Shown piece by piece: positions 33,740-47,090 of a stretch of 64,000 nucleotides of DNA. This stretch comes from Centroscyllium fabricii (taxonomy: Eukaryota). The position numbers and the translations under genes were made by a program. The DNA lies in contig JBNRSN020000003.1 in the NCBI GenBank assembly GCA_051313645.2, forward strand, positions 251,472,001-251,536,000, read 5' to 3'. Below the pieces are notes generated by a model, which worked only from the letters and a program-made list of their open reading frames with translations, did not search any database and was not told the DNA's origin. Every line of letters starts with the position of its first letter. Position 1 is the first letter of the stretch.

Positions 33740-36700
33740 ATGCACTTTGGAGTGCTGGCAGGCAATGCAGGAGCTGGCCCAGGCGCGGACGTCTTTGCGC
33801 AGGCCGCGCCATACGAACCGGGCCGAGATAAGTTTGATGGACGCGCGGGTGCTGGGGTGGGACAGGTCATGGAGGGTCTTGAATATGTGTCGCCTCCAAG
33901 CGTGGGGGACGACGGGCCTGGGCTGCGGCAGGGATACGTCGCAGCAGACGACGGAGGCAGCGGGGCCGTGCGCAATATTGGCCAAGTGGAGGCCAGGGAG
34001 ATTTGCTGCTGAGTTGAGCAGGTCGGGGTCGGCCAGCTGGTCTGCGGCCAGCTGGGCGTAATCGAACACCATTTGGGCGGCGTTAATGGTGGGGCGTGAG
34101 AGGCAGTTGGCGACCACGTTGTCGCGGCCGGAGATATGCTGGATGTCGGTCGTAAATTCCGACACGGCCGCGAGTTGGCGCTGCTGCCTGGCCGACCAGG
34201 GTTTGGCGAACTTAGCCATCGCAAACATGAGTGGCTTATGGTCGACGAAGGCTGTGAAGTGGCGGCCCTCCAGGAGGAAGCGAAAATGACGCACTGCCAG
34301 ATGGAGAGCGAGGAGCTCCCTATCGAAGGCGCTGTACTTAACCTCTGGGGGCCGGAGTTGCCTGCTGAAAAAGGCCAGGGGCTGCCACGAGTTGCCGGTC
34401 CACTGCTCAAATACGGCCCCGACCGCGTGGTCGGAGGCGTCGGTGGTGAGGGCTACTCTGGCATTGGGCCTAGGGTGGGCTAGGAGGGTGGCGTTACCCA
34501 GGGCGGTTTTAGTTGCGGTGAAGGCGGTGGCGGCGTCTGCTGTCCACTCAACCGCAGCCTTGTTGGACTGCCCGCGGGTGGCCTGGTATAAGGGGGCCAT
34601 GAGAGCGGCTGCTCCCGGGATAAAGCGTTTATAAAAATTGACCTTCCCCAGAAATTCCTGCAGCCCTTTAATGGAGTGCGGGCGGGGGAATTCTTGTACC
34701 GCCTGCACCTTGGAGGGCAGGGGTATGGCCCCGGTTTGGGAAATGCGGTGGCAGAGGAAGTCAATGGTTTTGAGGCCGAATTTGCACTTGGTAGGGCTTA
34801 ATATGAGGCCGTGTTCGGCCAGGCGCTGGAACAGGGTCCTGAGGTGCAGGAGGTGTTCCTGGGGGGAGATGCTGGCCACGAGGATGTCGTCTAAATAGAC
34901 GAAAATGAACTTCAAGTCCCGTAGGACCGAGTCCATGAGGCGCTGGAAGGCCTGGGCCGCGTTTTTAAGGCCGAAGGGCATCCTGAGGAACTCGAAGAGC
35001 CCGAAGGGAGTGATGACGGCCGTTTTAGGAATGTCCGCCGGGTGCACCGGAACCTGGTGGTAGCCACGCACCAGGTCGATCTTGGAGAAGATCGTACAGC
35101 CCGCTAGTCTGGCGGAAAAATCCTGGATGTGGGGTACGGGGTACCTATCCGGGGTAGTGGCGTTGTTAAGGTGGCGGTAGTCGCCGTAGGGGCGTCAACC
35201 CCCGTCTGGCTTGGGGGCTATGTGGAGAGGAGAGGCCCAGGGGCTGTTGGAGCGCCGGATTATGCCAAGTTGCTCCATGGTGCGGAACTCGGTGCGCGCG
35301 ATCTCCTGTTTAGCCGGGTCGAGCCTACGGGCGTGGGCATGGACGGGAGGGCCTGTGGTAGTAATAAAGTGTTCTACCCTGTGTTTGGCCTGGCGGGCGG
35401 TGAACGTGGGGTTGGTTAGGGCGGGGAACTCTGCAAGGAGTGTGCCGTAGGCATCCGAGTTCCGAGAGCGGCATTGGGCGGCCGCGTGGACCTGGAGTGC
35501 GGGCCCTGTGAAGCATGGGATGGTCGACATGTTATTCATGTTGACCAAGCGGCGCCGGGTCATATCGACCAGCAGGCCGTAGGCGCAGAGGAAATCTGCC
35601 CCGAGGAGGGGTGAGGTGACCTGGGCTGTGACAAAGTCCCAGGTGTACGTGTGGCTTGCGAGCGTAATCGTGAGCTTGCGGGTGCCGTACGTTTTGATAT
35701 TGGAGCCGTTGGCCGCTGCGAGTGGCGGGCCCCGGGTGCCTTGTTTGGTTTCTGCAGGGGAGGCTGGCACGATGCTGTGCTGTGCGCCTGTGTCGCAGAG
35801 AAATTGGAGGCCTGTGCCGCTGTCTGTAACAAAGAGCAGTGCTCATGTGTGTCCTACAGACATAGTGGGGGCTGAGGTGGGCCGTGGCTTGAATGCGCAT
35901 GGCTGGACGCAGCGGTGCGCTTTACTATCAAATCGCGTGTGGTAGTAGCACCAGCCGGTTCTAGAGGGACGCGGTTGCCTGGGTGGGCGCGGGGACCTAG
36001 GTTCAGGCATGAGGTTGGGCCTAGGGGGCGATTGGTTGCGCTCTACCGATGCGGAGTTAGGGTCGCACGTGGTTGAGCTGGTGCGCTGCGCCTCCATGAG
36101 CCTGTCGGCTTCCTCAGCGAGCTCATCGTCGCTCCGTTGGCCAAGGGCCGCCAAGGCCGGTCTGATGGAGCGGGGCAGTTTAAGGAGGAAGACGGTGCGG
36201 AGCAGGGAGGCGGGATTGGCTGTAAGCGCTTGCATCTGACCTAAGAGTTCCGATGGGTCTGCGTCCCCGAGTTCGGGGAGGTCAAGGAGCTGGCAGTCGC
36301 GCTCAAATTGAGAGGGGGTAAAAAAAATTATAAGCGCGGCCTTAAGGGATTCGTACCTGCCTGTAGTGGGCACACGCTGTATTTTTGACCACATCCGATC
36401 GATCGTCGATTGCGGTAGGGCTGAGAACACCAGGTTGTAGCGGTCGTCCCCCTGGATGCCATGTGTGCGGCAGCTGGTCTCGATGCACATAAACCAGGCC
36501 GCTGGCCGTTGCTCCCAGAACTCCGGTAGAGTTAGTCTGTGTCCGAAGTTCTGGCCAAGTCCTTGGGTTCGTGGAGCTTGGTTCCTTGCTCTTGCCATGT
36601 TTTCTGTTTTAAAATGTTCTTTGGCTGGTGATCCTTGATCCTGCGGCAGCTTTTTTTCTTTGGAAGTCGTTCCAATTCGGGGTCACCACTGTAGCGCCAG

Positions 36701-36936
36701 CAAGGCCTAGAAACCACACGTGAGCCAGAGAGCTCGAGAAAACACTAGTTTAATGCATAAGAGTTAAACAGGAAAGAGAGTGAACCCCTCACAACAAGCA
36801 TATTTAAACTGCCCGCCGTTGGTGACGTCATCGCGTAGGCAGACGTGGTGACATCGTCGCATCACCCGGCTGAGCGGGGCTCTGCTCCGCGGAGTTCCCG
36901 TGGCGGATTCGGTGTCCCAGTGGGCGTGCCGCCACA
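33740..36936 (-). mobile_element. Gypsy element E (CsRn1-like clade), 3'-truncated
   Basis: 5' LTR about 36690-36936. PBS TGGTGACCCCGA (tRNA-Trp type). gag LPEFW...WF and CYYH..F...A..C..PC; CDTGA protease; YLDD RT; TDAS RNase H; H..HP..CIAC, then broken off. Confidence 0.92.
36677..36688 (-). promoter_or_regulatory. Primer-binding site of element E (tRNA-Trp)
   Basis: ..CTACA-G-TGGTGACCCCGA directly after the LTR. Confidence 0.8.
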
Positions 36937-37127
36937 GCTCACATTTAATCAGCCATCATTCGCTTCCGCAACCACATTGTTCTCTCAGTCTTGGGGATAC
37001 TTGCAACAGGCTTCAGCACACCTGTGGAAGGTTGCATCCTCAAACACTTCTGCAGTGTGACCTGGGAAAGCCCTCTCACTTCCCCCCCTCAGTCAGTGCT
37101 TCCTCAGCCGAGGCTGCCAGCACAGCC

Positions 37128-38181
37128 ATGGGAGCCATTATCTTCCTTCCCTTCTTGGAATTACATGATCTCTACTAGGAGCAGATGCGGCTACAGCAGC
37201 AACAGCAGCAGCCACACCAGGAGCCACCTCACCAGCAGCAGCCACACCAGGAGCCTGATGCTCCTCCGGACCCTCCGGGGGCAGCATGGGCCAGAAGGCA
37301 TCGGCGCATCCAAGGCCATCACCGCAGAAGATACCCCCCAAACAGGGTCTACAGAGTCCGAGCCACCTACCTCAATATGAGTGAGCGGCGGTGCCAAAGG
37401 CGACTCCGACTTTCCCAAGAGGCAGTCACAGACATCTGCGCCATGCTGCAGCAAGAGCTGGAGCCCAGGACACCAGGTAGACATGCCTTACCAGTGGCCC
37501 TCAAAGTCACCACCGCACTCAACCTCTTTGCCTTGGGCTCATTCCAGGGATCAGCAGCCGACATCAGCGGAATCTCCCAGTCGGCTGCACACTCCTGCAT
37601 CACCCAGGTAACCGGTGCCCTCTTTGCCCGTGCCCACAATTTCATCCATTTTACCATGGATCGCGCAAGTGTGAGGGCCCGAGCGATTGGAATGGCTCAT
37701 CTGGCAGGCTTCCCAAGGGTACAGGGCATCATTGACTGCACACATGTGGCCCTTAGGGCACCCAACAACAACCCAGTAGCTTTTCTCAACCGCAAGGGCT
37801 TCCATTCACTCAATGTTCAACTGGTGTGTGACCACAACAAGGAGATTTTGCATGTGTGTGCCAGGTACCCTGGCAACTGCCATGACTCCTTTGTCCTGCG
37901 CCAATCAACCTTGCCTACGCTCTTCACACCGCCGGACCAGCTTCCGGGGTGGCTACTTGGTGACAAGGGCTATCCCCTCAGGACTTGGCTCATGACGCTG
38001 GTCAGGAGGCCAGCTAATGAGGCTGAGGAGAACTACAACTCCACACACATCTCCACCAGAAGCATTATAGAGCACACCATCGGTGGTTTGCTGTCAACTT
38101 CCCAACATGGCCCAGCGCCGTGGCTTGCAACCTCCTGACCAAGACCTGCCTCCTCGCATACCGTCCTCAGGTGAGGAGGAG

Positions 38182-38216
<35 letters not shown>

Positions 38217-38340
38217 GGAGGAGGTAGAGGAGGATGAGGATGGGGTTGCTGCCGCTCGACCCCAGCCAGCGCCACCATTACGCGAGAACGTTGCTGGCCG
38301 GCAAGCAAGGATGGAGCTCATCCTTGCAAGATTTTATTAG
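37128..38340 (+). pseudogene. Harbinger DDE transposase (HARBI1 family)
   Basis: [53 protein letters not shown]. Early stop at 37176, a deletion/frameshift near 38080, and an acidic C-terminus. Confidence 0.92.
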
Positions 38341-39799
38341 CCTACTCAAGCCAGCTTGTGCTACTCTCCTCATCCTAACAGCGCATCCTCACTGACACAC
38401 TCCAATCAGTTCCACAGCTCATACCTGCATGAGTCCCACTACTGTAACGACATCTGTGTGCCGGGGGGGGCGGTTTGGGGGAGTGAGCTTCTGGGGCTGC
38501 CAAGTGCCTGTGACTGCTTTCTGCACTTGCGCATGCACCCACGCCCCTGACGCACCACACATTTCTTTGATGCACATGGTCCCATCCAAACATCCATCCA
38601 TCCATCACATGCAATAATGAACACAGAAACAATAAAGGTTGCAATTGCAACATGCTGTTTAGTAATGACATTAAGCAAACATGGCCACATGCATGGTTGT
38701 TCAACTGATGACCAGCACTTAGGAATCACTGCATTAATGATGTCCCAGGCATCTCAGCTGAAGACATGCAGGTTCAAACGGTCAAAATGTCATTATCAGC
38801 AATGCTGAACCTCAGCCAGTCCAGTTTTGAGCTTGCAAGTTCATATCCATTGTCAATCATGTTCCCCACCTCTCACGTGGCGCCCCTCCCTTTTCAAGAG
38901 TGACACATTCTGACAAACCATTGACTCTGCTGTGGGGGTCACAGTGAAACCGGGTCCCTGATCAGCCAATCGAAACGTACATCCCCCCGAAGGTTGTCAA
39001 CGCCTTCATTTGAAAAACGGAGAACAATAGCAACCATATATAGAAAAATTATACAAGCGCTGTCGGGTTTCTTTATGCGGGTGGGTCTGCTGTGTTTCCA
39101 AATGTCCTGGAGGTGCTTCAGGGCAATGCATCCGGACATGAGGCAGGAGCTGTGGAGGGCGCTGAGGGTCAATGTCTGGTGGGTCTTCACCCTCCTGACC
39201 TTGTTTGATGTGTGAGAGCTGAGGCATGATGGCACCATGGCTCCTTGACCATTCCATCAGGGTCAGGTGCTGTGAGGGGCCAGCTGCAGCCAGATGATGT
39301 TGGATGCGTGGGTACTTTGGCCAGTTGGCCCATCTTTTCTTTGCCCACCTCCATCCTTTTAAAGTTTTGTTCGTGTTAAAGTTCAACCTTGAGGCATGTT
39401 TGCTGGTGTTGCGAAAACATTAGGTGGTTTGTTCAGTTAAATTGGTCATCGTTTGGACCACACATCATTCATACAGTCCCTCTGTTCGCTGGTGTGCGTC
39501 ACCATGAAGGTAGGCCGATTTCAAGGAGCTTCACTCTTAACCATTGAGCTACAGTCTGTTATTGAACCTCATGCGTCTTGCTGTAAGTCCTTCGGCCATG
39601 TTGCATCTCCATCATTGCATATCTGTGAGGCCTGCCCGATTGCTGTCCAGCCTGCATAAGGCTTCAATGTGGAAGAGCCATTCGCAAGATGTCAGACATG
39701 ACAACTGCATCAGGTGGCACCTGGAGTGGTCTGCTGTCTGCCACAGCTATGGACACCTAAATGTCTGTTACACTAACACCCAAGTGACTCCCGTTGTGC

Positions 39800-41781
39800 C
39801 TAAGGGTGCTTAAGTTTTCTTTTGCGAGTGCTCCTACGTGTCGGTGGCCCTGTGGTGTCAGAAGATGTGGAGGCCCCCTGCTGAGTGCCCTGCTGCTCCT
39901 GTCTGGACACCTTTGGCGGTCGTACTCTGGGCCGGTGAGCCTGTGGGGGCTCGCTACCAGTCTGCTGCTCCTGCGGCTGGGCAGGGTATGAGACATCCAT
40001 CTCAGGTGCATGGGGACTCCGGCGGGCCTCTGACCGAGGGCTTTGCAGTGGTGTGGATGTGGGAGTGCTTGGAGAGGAGCCCCCACTTCCTTCAGCTGCA
40101 CCACCAACCTCCCTCACATGGGTCACCTCCCCCTCAGCACCAGCAAGTGGCTGGACAGCACCTTGCTGCACTTCACGGGGGCCATAGGGACCCGTTTCTG
40201 CAGTGGAAGTCCTACTGAGAGCGACTTCCACGAAGGTCTGGTTCCTCTGCTCAATAGATGCCACTCGCTACTCAAGAGATGTGAATCTATTGTGGACAGT
40301 GCCCATGTCTTCGAAAGGCTGGCGACTTATGTGCTCGATGGCTGTGGCCATCCTCTCCTCCACGGTCGTTATCCTTTCCATGGTGGTTGCCATCCTTTCC
40401 ATGGTGATGCGATCATGCACCACTGACTCCGCAAAAGAGCTTCTCATGCTTGCAACAGACTCCTCCATTCGCATGACACTCGCAGCTACCTGGGAGACAA
40501 AACCTGTCAGAGACGCCTGCATCTGTGTCTGGCGTCCCATCATGTGTCTTCTGCCTGATGGATCCAAAGGTGCTGGGTCGACATGCAGCTTAGCTAAACT
40601 GGCAGAGTCCTGCGTCCTCCGACTAAGACTCTGCAATGCTGTCCCTGTCTCCACAATCTGCTGAGGCTCACTTGTGTTGTGTGAATCACACGGTGACAAG
40701 TCAGATGTAGCTCTAGGGGGGCCCACCGAGGTGCTAATAGCTGCGCTGGTGCCGGGTGGAGTCTGTGGTGCTGACAGTGCACCCTCAGGTTCCTCTGAGG
40801 ACTGAACAGGGGCGACCTCGTCGTCAGATCTGCTTGTCCGTCCAGCTGCGGATGGGCCTGTGGGGCAGTAAAGGAAGAGGTTAGAGATATGTCAGCAAGG
40901 TTACATACAGATAGCATTCAGGAGCTGAGCAGAGCTGCCTCTGCAGTGCTTTTACATTCATCGTGCCAGTCTCATGTGTTAGTTCTGAGAGAAAAAATGA
41001 AACCATGCTGTCACCAGCTTGAGATTGCATGCCTGCCTCGCTGTCATCCACTCCCGGGGCTTGCCCCTCACCAACGAGGTCTAGAACAGCCTCCTCCCAG
41101 GTGGTGAGCTGTTGGATGGTGGGGGGTCCTCCTCCAGTCCCGGCGCTGTGCCGCTTGTTGGAGGCTGTCTTTTCCTGCATTGAGGGAGAGAAGTAGAGGT
41201 TGAGTGAGAAGGAAGGAGTTGGTGCAGCGAGTGACCAGCAAAGTTTGTTGGAGGGTGACAAAGATGCAGTGAGCCTGCAAGACCAAAGGCCCTCCCTGTG
41301 TGTTGCCAGATGTACAGCAAGCATGAGAGTGAGAGGGAGTGTGAGGGCTGAATGGAGGGAAAGGACCGTGAGTGTGAGCATAGATAGAGAGGGAATGGGT
41401 AAGGTTGCTTGGATGTGATGGGCAAGTGGGATGTGCAGGAAGGGAGTGGTGAAGATAAGTTGTGGTGAGGAGAGGTGAGGGGGATGAGATTGAGGGTGAG
41501 GGGAAATGAATACTTACTTTTGCAGTGCAATGAAGGTCATGCAATCTCTTGCGACACTGGAGCCAGGATCGGGGTGTTGCACCCAATGAGCTGACCTCCT
41601 CAGCCACCTGCTGCCATGCAGCCTTGGTCTGTGAGGGAGGTCTCTTCCTCCCTGAGGAGGGGAAGAGAACCTCCCTATGGGTCGTTGCCCCCTCGAGTAA
41701 TGCGTCGAGGGAGGCGTCATCAAATTTGGGGGCGGGTCGTCCCCTCGCGCTGCCCGATGCAGCACCCTCACGCTCTGCCAT
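39800..41781 (-). pseudogene. Harbinger Myb/SANT (trihelix) DNA-binding protein, three exons (41781-41518, 41174-41015, 40857-39800)
   Basis: PKF..ASLDALL...W..VA..VS....R.W.QCRKR..DL; GT-AG junctions; TGGGPP; coiled coil; C-terminal RRSTRKRK; in-frame stop at about 40268. Confidence 0.85.
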
Positions 41782-42169
41782 CCTACTGAAGGCTTGTAGA
41801 ATGCTGAGCAGTGCGGGAGGCGAGCTGTGTTCATTAAAAGAAACCTGAATTCTGACGTCATACTGTGCGACTTTCTGACTGGAAATTGGTGATTGAGAAG
41901 GCTTCCCACAGGCGGGGAATTAATTTGGTACTTAGACAAAAATCTCGTGGGAAACGCAGGCACTTTATCGGGCGGGACAAAACCCCGCCCCGACCAATCC
42001 CCGCCATTCTGGGAAAATTCCGGTCAATGAAACAACTTTCACAACATTGAACTTGAAGATCTCTTCAGCACAACAGCAAACACAGTACTTATGATCTCAT
42101 AATTAGTATTTTCCACCTTACTTTAATAAAAAAATAATCCTTGCCGTCATTGTAGAATTTGTTTCACCC

Positions 42170-45003
42170 ACCTGAAGCTGCACAGGCCAGAAGGCGCCAG
42201 CGCATGGAAGCACATCGCTGCAGGAGATACCCCCAAAACAGGGGTTACAGACAGGATGAGCTACCTCAACATGACTGAGCAGCAGTGCAAAAGGAGGCTT
42301 AGATGTGGAGGTGCCAGTGTTGGACTGGGCTTAGACCTTCGCGAGAGGTAGTGGGTGACACCTGCGCAATGCTGCAGCAAGACCTGGAGCCCAGAGGAAC
42401 GGGTGGACACCCCTTACCAGTGACCGTCAAAGTCACCACTGCACTCAATTTCTTTGCTTCAGGCTCATTCCAGGGATCAACAGCAGACATCAGCAGCATC
42501 TCCCAGGCGGCCGCACACACTTGCACCATGCAGGTAACCAATGCCCTTTTTTCCATCGTGCACAATTACATCAACTTCTCCAAGGATCAAGCAAGTATAA
42601 CTGCGCATGTGGTTGGACTTGCTAATCTGCCAGGCTTTCCAAGGGTGCAGGGCATCATTGACTGCACACATGTGGCCCTTAATCCAGGCATTTTTGTCAA
42701 CCACAAGGGCTTCCACTCGCTCAACGTGCAGCTGGTGTGTGACCACAAGTAGGGAATTTTGCATATTTGCACCAAATACCCTGGCAGTTGCCATTACTCC
42801 TTCATCCTGCACCAGCCTAGTGTGCCTCCGCTCTTCAGTCTGCCAGACCAACTTTTCGGATAGCTACTTGGAGACAAGGGCTATCCCCTGAAGACATGGC
42901 TAATGACAGCATTCAATAGGCCATTCAATGAAGCTGAGCAGCACTACAACTCCAGCCACATTTCCACCAGATCCATAATCGAGCAAACCATCGGCTTGCT
43001 GAAGATGCGATTCAGATGCCTTGATAGATCAAGTTGAGCCCTGCAGTACTCAGCAGCCAGCGCCTCCAGAATCATCGTGCTCTGCTGTGCACTTCACAAC
43101 ATGTAACAGCATCGTGGCTTGCAGCTGCCTGAGGTACAAGTGACTCATCGCATAGCCTCCGAAGATGAGGAGGTGGAGGAGGAGAAGGAGAGTGACAACA
43201 AACAGCTTGCAGAGGCGCATCAACCAGTGCCAGCAGCACACAAGCAAACTGCTGCCCTGGATGCAAGGGACACACTCATTTTGGCCAGATTTGCTTAGCA
43301 TATCCAATCAAACACTTTTGCCTTGCACCTGCTTACCAGAGCATCAACAATGGACAAGAACCTATGGATTCCTATCACTCTGACCACCATACTGACAATT
43401 GCAAGTTGCCCTAAGCCCTCAATGTGGAAGTCCCATTTGCAAAATTACACAGGCCACAACTTCAGCAGTTTGCCATCAAGTCTTTTTTATCACAAACTCA
43501 CAGATGGCTTTTCAAAAATAAACACAACGGAACAACCACGTGACTACCCTTGTGGCTACTTGTGCTTTATCTTCCTCTTACGTGTGCTCCTACATAATGC
43601 TTCCCCTGTGGCTTCAGCAGATTTGGAGGCCCCTTGCTCACTTCCCTGCTGCTCCTGCCTTGACACCTTTAGCGGGCGTCCTCTGGGGTTGTAAGCCCAT
43701 GAGGGCTCGGCAACAGTCTGCTGCTCCTGCGGCTGTGCAGGGGCTGAGACGCCGATCTCAGTTGGGTGAGGACTGTGGTGGAGCTCTGCAGTGGCATGGT
43801 CATGTGAGCACAAGGAGGGGAGTCCCCACTTCCTTGTTCACTGCCACCAACATCCCCCTCATGGGTCAGCCCCACTTCAGAGCTAGCAAGTGACTTGACA
43901 GCACCTTGCTGCTCTTCAGGGGCGCCATGAGGATCTATTGCTGCACTGGCAGTCCTATTCCAGAGGACTTGCCTGAAGCTCTGGTTTCTCTGCTCAATAG
44001 CTGCTCATTGCTCCTTAAGAGATGTCAGTCCATTCTGAACAATTACCATGTTTTCAATACCCTGGAGACTACGTTCCTCCATGACCGAAGCATTCCTTTC
44101 CTCTACCGTAGCCATCCTCTCCTCTATGGTAGCCAGACTTACCACGGAGGTAGACATCCTTTCCACGGAGGTTTCTATTCTTTCTCTGGTGATGAGTTGA
44201 TATGCCAATGCCTCCACAAAGGCCCTGCTCATGTTCATGATGGACTCCCCCACTCTCTCCACACTCATAGTGACCCTGGAGGCAAAACTTGCCAGAGACT
44301 CCTGCATCTGTTCCTGAAGTTGCAACACCGCTCTCGTTCTGGATGGACCCGGAGGCACAGGGTCAACATGCAGCGGCGCCGAGCTGGGAGAGTCCGATGA
44401 GAACTCTCCACTGCTGTTCCTGTCTCCACCATCTGCTGATGCTCAAATATGAGCTGTGATGGTCCAGGTGACTACTCTACTCTATTTCCAGAAGGTCCCA
44501 CTGATGTGTGAGTGACTTTGCTGGTGTTGGGTCCGCTGAATTCTGCTGACGCTATGCCCTCAGAGGTTTCAGCTTCCTCTGAGGAGTCTGTTGGCTCAGC
44601 TGTTCCTCCTGGACAGTGGGGAGGGAGGCTGTTGATGGTCCTGTGGGGGAATAAAGGAAAGAGGTAGACATGTGAGATAAATGTTGCATGCACATTGAAT
44701 TGTGCAGATGATCATAAGTCAATCTGTCAGAGCATCAGAATTAATATGAGTCACTCATGCAATGTCAATGAGAGAGATGAAAAATTATTCTGTCAGCAAT
44801 TTGCTCTGATGCACCCATCTGTCCATCCCCCACTTGCGCTTCCTCCTCCACTCCCATGATATGCAGGGCCACCTCCTCTGCAGTGGTGTGCTGGGCTATT
44901 GAAGGTGGTCTCCTCCTGTCCTTGCCCACTCCCTCTTATTGTGGGCACTCTTTCCCTGCAATGAGGGACACAAGTGGAGTTTGAGTGAAAATGAAGGAGT
45001 GAG
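42170..45003. mobile_element. PIF/Harbinger transposon 2, decayed (transposase about 42200-43299 +, Myb gene 43556-44960 -)
   Basis: [33 protein letters not shown] with stops; HNKREWARTGG and RSTRKRKIK. Cut in the Myb intron by the foamy-like LTR. Confidence 0.88.
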
Positions 45004-46463
45004 TGTGAAGGGATAATTACAAGTCCTAATCCTTTTCAGGCTACCCCAGATCAGATGTATTCCCCAGACATTCACCTTCAACTAAAGTTAGAGATAGCCG
45101 AATTCTATAAGATGCTTAATTGGGTCTAAAGGTCCAGGCTATCTCTTTCTAAAGGAAAGGCATGATGTAAAGATGTTACTGTCTTCCAGATAGCACTTTT
45201 AATAAGTTTAACTAGACTGTAACCTTCTGGATATTATGAGGGTCTGGAAACCCCCATCATGAGAACACTACAACTCCTTACAAAAGATTGTACAGAAATT
45301 GACTTTGTGAGTTTGTTACAGAAGTGCTCTGTGAGACAATTCTAAAAATATATAGATTTATTTAAGAGCCGACATGCAGTTAACAGCTGTTGAGTCAATC
45401 GCAACATTAACAGTTCAAAATACAAATTGCTTACATTTCTTATTCTCAGAGATCCTTATTCTCAAATCTTAATTTCATACATTTTTACATTTCTATTATT
45501 CTTAATCCAGAATATCCAGCAAAATCAAATAAGAGTACCTTTTTGATCCCTGAGCCTTAAAGAATTAAAAACTTACAGAGCGTGCCTCTGAAATTAAGAA
45601 TCGCTTGCCCTTTCCAGCGACCTCTGACTTTCCATCTGAAAAGCTCTATTTTTATACCTTTTTTTAGTGGTTTATCCTTTAAAGTTTTCTGCTGATGAAA
45701 GCTAATTATCTCTCATCATCCTCTGTTGAATTATTTTCTAATCTTATTATCAATTTAGCTGTTGACTCTCGGAATCCTGTCTGCTGTATAAGCGTTTCAA
45801 AACTTATCATACAAAACAATATGACAGTAGTATTTATTTGATGGCATTCTTATCGAAGGTCTTCCATACAATTCTAAAATCACTTCTGCTGTTTGAAAGC
45901 AGACGTCATGTTTACTAACTGTTCCATTTTTAATACAAACACAATGTAATTGCTTGGTGTATCTATTGAAGTAATATCTGCAAAGTCTTCAGTAGGTATC
46001 ATATTTACAACATGTAAATCAGATCCACTTCAACCAGGGTGTTTGTTGCATTTATTAGCTACTTCAAATGGTTGCATATATAATCGTGCTTCCTGTTTCT
46101 CATTTGATGTTACTTTTACAAAGGCACATGGTTTTTTAATATTCTGTGATTCTGTTCGAAGTGTTAGTTTTTAACACTTTACTTGGGCATTGCTATTATT
46201 TTGTTTCCAATGTTCAGGCATAGAGGAACCTCCAACTCTTTGCTGCAATAGGGCTTAGCATTAACAATCAATTCCCATTTCAAAAGCTTGTGTGGTGTTT
46301 AAAGCTTTAGTGTTAACACTTCATTTTATCTCAGAAGCCTGTGTTGACAGCCTGTGTCACCGAGGCTTTCCAGACTTTTAAACCCAATATGTCATGTATT
46401 AATAATATCAGAAATGTGTTCATAAGTTAGTGTATCTCCTGGAATATGGCTTTTTCCTTTACA
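45004..46463 (-). repeat. 3' LTR of the foamy-like element
   Basis: TG..CA with short terminal inverted repeat; TATAAAA at 45656; GTAAGT at 45576; AATAAA at about 45362; homologous to 24328-26144. Confidence 0.82.
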
Positions 46464-47090
46464 CCGCCCTCTTGACCAAAGGATGAGCTCATAACATCTG
46501 GGAAGAGTTTGGTCAATGATACTAATAAGGTTACGATAGCATATTAATTTCATGAGATGCACAATCATATGCTACATCAAAATTACTTTGAAGTCATCCT
46601 GGGACAACGTTTTGCCTTATTTTAAATTGAACACAATTTAGGAGGATGATAAGTACATAGGCTTGTTAAGAGCGAAACAACATGTACTTAGAATGTCCAA
46701 TCGGCAGATGTACGTTCCATAGAGGTGAGTTATTCATACGAGTCAAGGAGACGTCAGTTGAACTAGTTGAAGCTTGACACGCTAACCCTTCGATCCGGCA
46801 TATGTACAGATGCGCATTGTCGTAAAGGTCTTGCCAGGCACTCAGTTGATTCCTTCTTCATCCGTTGTGTCTTCCTCCTTCGTTGAAGTAACTCATTGAT
46901 CTTTCCTTGTTTCGGTCATTGTTTTTCACAAATCGAATTGCTGATGCGTTGCCAAGCAACGTGTGGACGAGCCGGCGACACCATCTGACTGACCGTCGTC
47001 AGTAATTCGATCGCATCCATTTCCTGTGTCGTGCTCCAAACTGGGTCTTTAAAGACAGTGTACGACTGCACCTTGTATTGTTCCTCCTTT

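Larger units (their letters stand above)
36937..42025. mobile_element. PIF/Harbinger transposon 1 (transposase on +, Myb/SANT gene on -); left end lost
   Basis: Convergent two-gene layout. Right end GAAAATTCCGGTC resembles the local MITE TIRs. Confidence 0.88.

Noticed and set aside
33472-34410. Long alternative-frame and antisense ORFs over Gypsy, CR1 and Harbinger coding regions
   Set aside because: Expected by-products of GC-rich coding sequence; no independent motifs.
37185-38138. Host HARBI1 gene
   Set aside because: It has stops and a deletion, is paired with a Myb gene and ends in a TIR-like sequence, so it is a transposon copy rather than the domesticated gene.
24328-46463. The two foamy-like LTRs as ends of one provirus
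   Set aside because: They are in opposite orientation and strongly diverged, and the plus copy has no PBS or gag after it.
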